Shown here: piece after piece, positions 57,442 through 64,000 of the stretch
How positions within the stretch are numbered: the stretch's first letter is position 1
Layout: the number at the start of each line of letters is the position of its first letter
NCBI GenBank assembly: GCA_035285125.1
Contig: JAYKHR010000145.1
Coordinates: forward strand, 27,725-91,724
Source of the DNA: Candidatus Sericytochromatia bacterium
GTDB lineage: Bacteria > Cyanobacteriota > Sericytochromatia > S15B-MN24 > JAQBPE01
Length of the DNA stretch: 64,000 bases
Direction of reading: 5' to 3'
The notes under the pieces: generated by a model
Databases searched by the model: none
What the model saw: the letters and a program-made list of their open reading frames with translations, nothing else
What the model was told of the DNA's origin: nothing
Position numbers and translations under genes: made by a program

Positions 57442-57954
57442 TCAGTCGAGGTAGAAGGTCGTGACGACCTTGTGGTTCTCTTGCGCGTAACGGACCGCCT
57501 CCTGGAGCGTGTGGCTCGTGTGGTACAGGAAGCAGATCAGCTGCTGGCAGTTCTCGATGATCTCCTGGTTGCACATCGAGGAGGCCTGCGAGAGGGTCAG
57601 CAGCCGACGCTCGGGGTGCTCGCGGATGGTCGGCAAGGAGGCCAGGAGTTCCTGGCTCTCGGAGGTCTGCTGCGAGATGGTCTGCGGCAAGATCACGAGC
57701 AGGTTGCCCGGGTTCGCGCGACTGGCGCCCTTCACGACGGCGGCATTGGTGCCGCCCGCGCCGGAGGTGATGATCTGGTTGCCCGTGAGCACCAGGGCAT
57801 AGGCCAGCATCTCGATGAGCTGCTGGTGCGTCAGCGAGAGGTGGCGGCTTCCAAGGATCGCCACCTTCTTCGAGCCGGTGGCCTGGATGGTCTGGAGCTC
57901 CTGCATGAACGCGTCGACGGAGAGCGGCAGGTTCGAAACGCTGGAGACGTCCAT
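57442..57954 (-). CDS. DNA recombination-mediator protein A-like (SLOG/DprA Rossmann fold) protein
   Basis: FMQELQTIQATGSKKVAILGSRH...ITSGAGGTNAAVVKGA...CNQEII...LICF...TTFYLD. Confidence 0.8.
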   Translation of the reverse strand: MDVSSVSNLPLSVDAFMQELQTIQATGSKKVAILGSRHLSLTHQQLIEMLAYALVLTGNQIITSGAGGTNAAVVKGASRANPGNLLVILPQTISQQTSESQELLASLPTIREHPERRLLTLSQASSMCNQEIIENCQQLICFLYHTSHTLQEAVRYAQENHKVVTTFYLD

Positions 57955-58113
57955 GGCTGGTCGGTTTTCCTCTCGCGAGCGGGGGCAGCGATCCGGGACT
58001 TCAGACAACCTTCAGCTTAACACGAGGCGGGGGGGCGAGCCAGTGACAAGGTGCACGAGCCCGGCCTAGAATGTGGGTCTCGATCGATTGTTCGACGCCC
58101 CACCGAGGTGCCC

Positions 58114-60444
58114 GTGGCCTCTCCCTCGCTGCTCAACGGCCTCAACCCGCCCCAGCAAGCCGCCGTCACGCACGGCGCTGGCCCCCTGCTGATCCTCGCA
58201 GGCGCCGGGGCTGGCAAGACGCGCGTCATCACCCACCGCATCGCGCACCTGGTCGCCACCCAGCAGGCCCGGCCCGACGAGGTGCTGGCCGTGACGTTCA
58301 CCAACAAGGCCGCCGCCGAGCTGAAGGATCGCCTCGCGCACCTCCTCGAGGCCGGTGGGGGGGCCGGACCGCTGTTCGCGCACCAGCCCTGGATGGTGCG
58401 CGGGATGTGGGTCGGCACCTTCCACAGCATCTGCGGCAAGATCCTGCGCTTCGACCTCGACAAGCTGCCCGACGCAGGCTACGGCGCCAACTTCGTGATT
58501 TTCGACGAGGCCGATCAGCTCGGCGTCGTGAAGGGCGCCCTCGAGCGCCTCAGCCTCGACGACAAGGCCTACCCGCCCCGGGCGATGCTCGGGAAGATCT
58601 CGGGCGCCAAGAGCCAGGGGATGAGCCCGGCGGCCTTTCACGAGCAGGCGCGGGGCTACCAGGCCATGCAGATTGCGGCCGTGTACGAGCACTACCAGCG
58701 CGAGCTCAGGCGCCAGAACGCGCTCGACTTCGATGACATGCTGCTGCTCACCGTGAGGCTCTTCGAGCGCTGCCCCGAGGTGCTCGCCCGCTACCAGCAG
58801 CGCTTCCGCTACCTGCTGGTGGACGAGTACCAGGACACCAACCAGGTGCAGTACGCGCTCGTCCGGCAGCTCGCGGGACACCACCGCAACCTGTGTGTGG
58901 TGGGCGACGTCGACCAGAGCATCTACTCGTTCCGCCATGCGGACTTCCGCATCATCCTTCAGTTTCAGCAAGACTGGCCGGATGCCACCGTCATCAAGCT
59001 CGAGGAGAACTACCGCTCGACGCGCACCATCCTGACGGCGGCCAACCACCTGATCGCCCACAACGAGCAGCGCTTCGAGAAGCAGCTTTGGACCAGGAAT
59101 CCGGACGGTGAGCCCATCACGCTCTACGAGGCCCTCGACGAGCGCGACGAGGCCGAGTTCGTGCAGATGCAGGTCCGCAAGCGGCGGGGTGACCGCCCCC
59201 TGTCCGACTTCGCGGTGCTGTACCGCACGAACGCGCAGTCACGAGCCCTCGAGGAGCTGTTCATGCGCTGGGGCACTCCCTACCGCCTGATCGGAGGCGT
59301 CCGCTTCTACGAGCGCAAGGAAGTGAAGGACCTGCTTGGCTACATGCGGCTGATCCACAACCCGGCCGACGAGACCGCCTTCGCCCGCGTCGTGAACACG
59401 CCGAAGCGCGGGCTCGGCAAGACCACGGTGGACCGCGTCCTGGAGGCGGCGCGAGCCGCAGAGACCAGCGCGGTCGCGCTGCTGCGGGACCCTGGTAGCG
59501 TGATCGACGGCCTGACGGCCAAGACCGCGACGAAGCTGGTGCAGTTCACGGGCTGGGTCACCCGGCTGCACCTCGAGGCCCCCGGCCTCGCGCTGCCGGA
59601 CCTCGTGCGCCGGGTTGCCACCGAGAGCGGGTACGAGGCGGCCCTGGAGGCCGAGGGAACGGAGGAGGCCCGCGCACGGCTCGAGAACCTCGCCGAGCTG
59701 GTCAACGTCGCGAGCGACTTCGCCCTCAACAGCGACGACAAGAGCCTGGGGGCCTTCCTGACGCACCTGATGCTGCTCTCAGATGCGGACCAGGGGGGCG
59801 CCGATCCCGATCGGGTCACGCTGATGACGCTCCATGCCGCCAAGGGCCTGGAGTTCCCGGTGGTCTTCCTGGTGGGGCTCGAGGAGGCCGTGTTCCCGCA
59901 CCGGCGGGCCCTCGACGACCCGACCCAGCTGGAGGAGGAGCGCCGCCTCGCCTATGTGGGCATCACGCGGGCCCGAGAGGCCCTCGTGATCTCGCACGCC
60001 CGCAGCCGGATGATCTTCGGCGAGACGAACGCCTCGCTGCCCTCGCGCTTCCTGTCGGAGCTCCCGCCAGAGGGGCTGCGCCACGCGACCTCGCCGCTGC
60101 TGAAGCTGCAAGCCAAGGCGGGCGGCCCCGTCAGTGCCCGCGGCCCCCGCCCGGCAGGTCGCCGCGCGGCCGAGGGCGGGGACGTGGTGTGGATGCAGGA
60201 CTGGGACACGGCCGACGTGGCGGAGCGACGCCAGCCGGCAGCCGCGCCCCGTGCCGCTGGACCGCGGCTGCCAGCCGACACGCTGGCGGTGGGGGACCGG
60301 GTCCGCCACGCGACCTTTGGCGAGGGCGTGGTCGCGCGCGTGATAGGCGCGGGCGAGCGCGCCACCCTGGCGGTGTCGTTCCCCGGCCTCGGGCAGAAGA
60401 TCCTCGACCCGCGGTTTGCCCCCCTCGAGCGCGTGAGAGACTGA
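58114..60444 (+). CDS. pcrA: ATP-dependent DNA helicase PcrA/UvrD
   Basis: LAGAGAGKT, TFTNKAA, VDEYQDTN, GDVDQSIY, ENYRS, LYRTNAQSR, TLHAAKGLEF, EERRLAYVGITRA and a C-terminal Tudor-like tail. Confidence 0.97.
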   Translation: MASPSLLNGLNPPQQAAVTHGAGPLLILAGAGAGKTRVITHRIAHLVATQQARPDEVLAVTFTNKAAAELKDRLAHLLEAGGGAGPLFAHQPWMVRGMWVGTFHSICGKILRFDLDKLPDAGYGANFVIFDEADQLGVVKGALERLSLDDKAYPPRAMLGKISGAKSQGMSPAAFHEQARGYQAMQIAAVYEHYQRELRRQNALDFDDMLLLTVRLFERCPEVLARYQQRFRYLLVDEYQDTNQVQYALVRQLAGHHRNLCVVGDVDQSIYSFRHADFRIILQFQQDWPDATVIKLEENYRSTRTILTAANHLIAHNEQRFEKQLWTRNPDGEPITLYEALDERDEAEFVQMQVRKRRGDRPLSDFAVLYRTNAQSRALEELFMRWGTPYRLIGGVRFYERKEVKDLLGYMRLIHNPADETAFARVVNTPKRGLGKTTVDRVLEAARAAETSAVALLRDPGSVIDGLTAKTATKLVQFTGWVTRLHLEAPGLALPDLVRRVATESGYEAALEAEGTEEARARLENLAELVNVASDFALNSDDKSLGAFLTHLMLLSDADQGGADPDRVTLMTLHAAKGLEFPVVFLVGLEEAVFPHRRALDDPTQLEEERRLAYVGITRAREALVISHARSRMIFGETNASLPSRFLSELPPEGLRHATSPLLKLQAKAGGPVSARGPRPAGRRAAEGGDVVWMQDWDTADVAERRQPAAAPRAAGPRLPADTLAVGDRVRHATFGEGVVARVIGAGERATLAVSFPGLGQKILDPRFAPLERVRD

Positions 60445-60447
60445 CCC

Positions 60448-60774
60448 GTGGCCTCCATCGACTGGCAATCCACCCAGATCCGGAAGCTGTTCGCGGAGGC
60501 CCTCGCCGCCGCGCAGGCGAGCCGGGTCGGCTTCCTGAGCGCGCTCAAGCTGGAGGGCCTCGTCTTCGATCAGGCCACCAAGCGGCCGGCCACGGCGCTC
60601 CAGCTGCGGGAGCTGCGCAAGCTGGTCGCCCGCATCGCAGCGGACGGCATCCTCACGGAAGGCGAGCAGCGGGAGCTCTCGGCCTGGCTGTCGCGCCACG
60701 GCCTGACGCTGGAGGCCCCCGTGGCCGGGGGCGGCCCCGTGGACCTCGACGCCATCAATCTGCCAGATCTGTGA
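60448..60774 (+). CDS. Hypothetical protein
   Basis: ORF starts 3 nt after pcrA; contains an ADGILTEGE motif. Confidence 0.65.
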   Translation: MASIDWQSTQIRKLFAEALAAAQASRVGFLSALKLEGLVFDQATKRPATALQLRELRKLVARIAADGILTEGEQRELSAWLSRHGLTLEAPVAGGGPVDLDAINLPDL

Positions 60775-60782
60775 GGTCAACC

Positions 60783-60808
60783 CGCCCGCCTTTTTTTAAA
60801 GGCGGGTG
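60783..60808 (+). terminator. Putative intrinsic terminator
   Basis: CCCGCCTTT/AAAGGCGGG stem followed by a T-rich tract. Confidence 0.55.
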
Positions 60809-60950
60809 AGTTTTGTTAAATGCTTGTTTGCGATCGATAAGACTGGGGCCATCTGCGTCTAGATTTTTTTAAATGCCGGGGCTTCGGGCTGCTGGCTGGG
60901 GATGACGGCTTCACAGCGCCCAATCAACTGAGCATTGGAGGACCTCCAAA

Positions 60951-62684
60951 ATGGCCAACGAGATCATCGGACCCGCCCTGCCCCCCGGCCTGAACGCCGC
61001 TGCCACCGTGCCCGTCGCGCAGCCCGCTGCGCCGGCAGCCCCCGCAGCCCCTGAGGCGGCCGCCGCAGCGCCAGCCGCCCCGGCCGCTCCCGCCCTTGCT
61101 GGCGACGAAAACAAGATCACGACCGGCGGCTTCGGTGCCGGCGTGAGCGGCAACGGCTTCGCCGACATCGACAACGTCAACCTCGACAACGCCGAGTTGC
61201 GCGCCCTCGACAACCTGATGCAGACCTACATGGCCGACGGCCAGCTCTCCGACGCCGAGAAGAAGACCTACCAGGAAATCCGCGCCCTGCTCAGCGGCCC
61301 CGGAGCTCCCGGTGCCCAGGGTCCGCAGGGTGCGGCCGGGCCGCAGGGGCCGCAGGGGGCCGTCGACCCCGCCGGTGGCACCGGTCCGAACAGCCCGAGC
61401 TGGGACCACGGCCAGGCCGTCGTCGAGGGCAAGAGGTTCAGCTCCACCGGCGACCCGCACGAGACCACCGGCGACGGCGGCAAGTTCGACAACATGAAGG
61501 AAGGCAACTTCGTGAAGGCCCGGAGCGCCTCCGGTGACTTCGAGCTGCAGACCGTCCAGGGCAAGGACAAGTCCGGCCGCTGGCCGAACGCCACCGTCAA
61601 CCATGCGGCGGCCGTGAAGTCGGGCAAGGACACGGTGGCCTACAACGGCCTGGACAAGACGCTCACCATCAACGGCGAGAAGAAGGAGCTCAAGGACGGC
61701 GAGACCGTCAACCTGCCGGACGGCGGCAAGGTCACCAAGACCGCAGACGGCATCCAGATCGTCAGCAAGGCGGGCGACACCGTCAACATCAAGCAGCAGG
61801 ACAACTACATCGACGTCTCGGGCGAGATCGGCCCCAACCGCAAGGACGGCGAGGTCCGCGGCTCCCTCGGCAACTTCGACGCCGACACGGATGCCAAGAA
61901 CGACCTCGTCGCCCGGGATGGCAAGGTGATGGGCGACCCGAAGGACGCGGCCGCCGTCGACAAGTTCATCGAGGAGTGGCGGACCAAGCCCGAAGAGAAC
62001 CTCTTCGGCCAGGACCCCATCGGTGGCACGGGCCCTGGCACGGGTGACACGGCCGAGGCGAAGGCTGACAAGGAAGCCTTCAAGAAGATGGACCTCAACG
62101 AGGACAACGTCCTCGACGGCAAGGAACTCGACGAGGCCACCAAGAAGTTCGATCTGAACAAGGACGGCGGCGTCGACCTGATGGAGTTCCTGAAGGGCCG
62201 CGACGGCGACCGCAAGGCCCAGGGCGGCGGCGCACCGAAGCCGGCGATCGACGACGCGACGATCGAGGCCGAGTTCAAGGCCCGCGACATCACGGGCAAC
62301 GGCACCCTGACGGGCACCGAGATTCCGGCCGACTTCAAGAAGGCCAACCCCAACGCCACCAAGGTGACGCTGGAGGAGTACAAGGCCTTCCGAAAGAAGC
62401 AGGAGACCGAGGCCCCCGCGGCCGACGCGGCCGAGTTCAAGAAGGCCGACCTCAACGAGGACGGCGCCCTCGACGGCAAGGAAATGGGCAACTGGGCCGC
62501 CTTCGACACCAACAAGGACGGCTCCGTCACTGAGGCCGAGGCCATGGCGGGCAAGGCCGAGCAGCGGGCCGCCGATCGCCGGGCCGAACTGGCGGCGTTC
62601 CTGAAGCGCATCGAAGAGCGGCGCGCGGCAGCGGCGGCTCCGGCGGCGGCGGCAGCTCCGGCGGCTCCGGCGGCGCAGGTGTAG
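60951..62684 (+). CDS. VWD-like domain protein with EF-hand-like Ca-binding loops and Ala/Pro-rich termini
   Basis: GDPHETTGDGGKFD...GNF, RGSLGNFDAD; DLNEDN, DLNKDG, DLNEDG, DTNKDG; short Gly-X-Y stretch; GGAGGA RBS. Confidence 0.8.
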   Translation: MANEIIGPALPPGLNAAATVPVAQPAAPAAPAAPEAAAAAPAAPAAPALAGDENKITTGGFGAGVSGNGFADIDNVNLDNAELRALDNLMQTYMADGQLSDAEKKTYQEIRALLSGPGAPGAQGPQGAAGPQGPQGAVDPAGGTGPNSPSWDHGQAVVEGKRFSSTGDPHETTGDGGKFDNMKEGNFVKARSASGDFELQTVQGKDKSGRWPNATVNHAAAVKSGKDTVAYNGLDKTLTINGEKKELKDGETVNLPDGGKVTKTADGIQIVSKAGDTVNIKQQDNYIDVSGEIGPNRKDGEVRGSLGNFDADTDAKNDLVARDGKVMGDPKDAAAVDKFIEEWRTKPEENLFGQDPIGGTGPGTGDTAEAKADKEAFKKMDLNEDNVLDGKELDEATKKFDLNKDGGVDLMEFLKGRDGDRKAQGGGAPKPAIDDATIEAEFKARDITGNGTLTGTEIPADFKKANPNATKVTLEEYKAFRKKQETEAPAADAAEFKKADLNEDGALDGKEMGNWAAFDTNKDGSVTEAEAMAGKAEQRAADRRAELAAFLKRIEERRAAAAAPAAAAAPAAPAAQV

Positions 62685-62721
62685 GTCCAGGCGCAGGCCT
62701 GAGCCTCTCTCCAAACTCGTT

Positions 62722-62760
62722 CCGAAGGCCCGGGGCACGTGGTGTGCCCCGGGCCTTCGG
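62722..62760 (+). terminator. 17-bp perfect hairpin after the VWD gene
   Basis: CCGAAGGCCCGGGGCAC-GTGGT-GTGCCCCGGGCCTTCGG. Confidence 0.7.
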
Positions 62761-62918
62761 GCTCCGAGCGGCCCCAGCTTTTTGTTAAAGGTCTGTTTCA
62801 GATCGTTAACGCTCCGCTTTGCACCGTCAGGCTTTTGTTAAATCACGCAGCGAGACGGACGCGGCCGGGCACAAGGATCACACAGACCCCTGGTGCCCAG
62901 AGATGGAGGAACGCCGCG

Positions 62919-64000
62919 ATGGCCAACGAGATCAACCGCCTGAACCTGCCCGGTGGGCTGCAGCCTGTGGTGCCGACCACGCAGGCGGCTGCCCCCGCTC
63001 CCCAACCTGCAGCCGGTCAGCCTGAGGCGCCCCTCGCGCCCGCCGCTGACGCCAACCAGGTGCTCGACGGTCTGCTGACGCGGCGCCCGGCGCCCGAAGC
63101 CGACATCAACAACGTCAACCTCAGCAACGAGGAGCTTCGGGCCCTCGACAACCTGATGCAAACCTACATGGCCGACGGAACACTGACGAAGGAAGAGCAG
63201 AAGACCTTCCAGGAGATTCGCAAGCTCTTCGCGGCCACGCCGGACGCCAAGCCGCCCGCGCCTCCCGCGCCCCCCCTCCCGAGGCCGGTGCCGTTGCCCA
63301 ACCCGACCGTGCCCATTGGCGGGGCGGGTCCCGTCGGGCCGAAGCCGACCGACCCGGTGGGCGGCACGGGCCCCAACAGCCCGAAGTGGGACCACGGCCA
63401 GGCTGCCGTCGACGGCCGCACGTTCAAGTCGTGGGGTGACCCTCACGAGGTGACGGGAGATGGCGGCAAATTCGACAACATGAAGGAAGGCAGCTTCGTG
63501 AAGGCGCGCAGCGCCACGGGCGACTTCGAGTTGCAGACTGTCCAGGGCAAGGACAAATCTGGCCGCTGGCCCGGAGCCACCGTCAACCACGCCGCCGCCG
63601 TCAAGGCAGGCAAGGACACCGTGGCTTACAACGGGCTGACGAAGACGCTGACGATCAACGGGCAGGCGAAGGCGCTGAAAGATGGCGAGACCTTCAAGCT
63701 GCCGGACGGCGGCAGCGTCAGCAAGACCAAGGACGGCCTCACCATCACCTCGCCGGCGGGCGACAAGGTGAACATCCACCAGAAGGACAAGTACATCGAC
63801 ATCTCCGGCGAGATCGGCCCCAACCGCAAGGACGGGGAGGTCCGCGGCTCGCTCGGCAACTTCGACGCCGACAAGAACGGCGACAACGACCTGGTCGGCC
63901 GCGACGGCAAGCTCGTCGGCAGCCCCAAGGACAAGGCCGCCGTCGACAAGTTCATCGAGCAGTGGCGGACCAAGCCCGAAGAGAACCTCTTCGGCAACGA
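62919..64000 (+). CDS. Second VWD-like domain paralog, truncated by the window end
   Basis: GGAGGA RBS; MANEINRLNLPGGL...ELRALDNLMQTYMADG...WGDPHEVTGDGGKFDNMKEG. Not in the ORF track (no stop). Confidence 0.85.
   Translation, partial: MANEINRLNLPGGLQPVVPTTQAAAPAPQPAAGQPEAPLAPAADANQVLDGLLTRRPAPEADINNVNLSNEELRALDNLMQTYMADGTLTKEEQKTFQEIRKLFAATPDAKPPAPPAPPLPRPVPLPNPTVPIGGAGPVGPKPTDPVGGTGPNSPKWDHGQAAVDGRTFKSWGDPHEVTGDGGKFDNMKEGSFVKARSATGDFELQTVQGKDKSGRWPGATVNHAAAVKAGKDTVAYNGLTKTLTINGQAKALKDGETFKLPDGGSVSKTKDGLTITSPAGDKVNIHQKDKYIDISGEIGPNRKDGEVRGSLGNFDADKNGDNDLVGRDGKLVGSPKDKAAVDKFIEQWRTKPEENLFGN

Overview
A 64 kb, very GC-rich bacterial chromosomal window with about 54 protein-coding genes. I found no rRNA, tRNA, CRISPR array or transposase. 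Cyanobacteria-like markers (HtpG type, DUF3370, DNA recombination-mediator A-like protein) with no photosynthesis genes suggest a non-photosynthetic relative such as Sericytochromatia (inference only). Housekeeping-type genes include htpG, sua5/tsaC, arginase, HU, pcrA/uvrD, rlpA, a xanthine-dehydrogenase-family molybdoenzyme trio and dispersed type IV pilus genes. Highlights: (1) a translationally coupled, orphan biosynthetic-like operon (membrane protein, CocE/NonD hydrolase, heme-oxygenase-like diiron enzyme, enolase-superfamily enzyme, GH3 amide synthetase) among three Ser/Thr kinase-STAND ATPase-helical repeat genes; (2) a hidden TlpA-like selenoprotein (WASW-U-GGC) with a SECIS-like hairpin, which the ORF track splits; (3) a ~390 nt densely base-paired intergenic region that looks like a large structured RNA of a class I cannot recognise; (4) several apparent pseudo-enzymes (IMDH-like, IolE-like, DnaB-C-like); (5) recurrent leaderless promoter architecture; (6) tandem VWD-domain paralogs with a conserved duplicated upstream motif. 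All calls come from reading the sequence; no searches were run.
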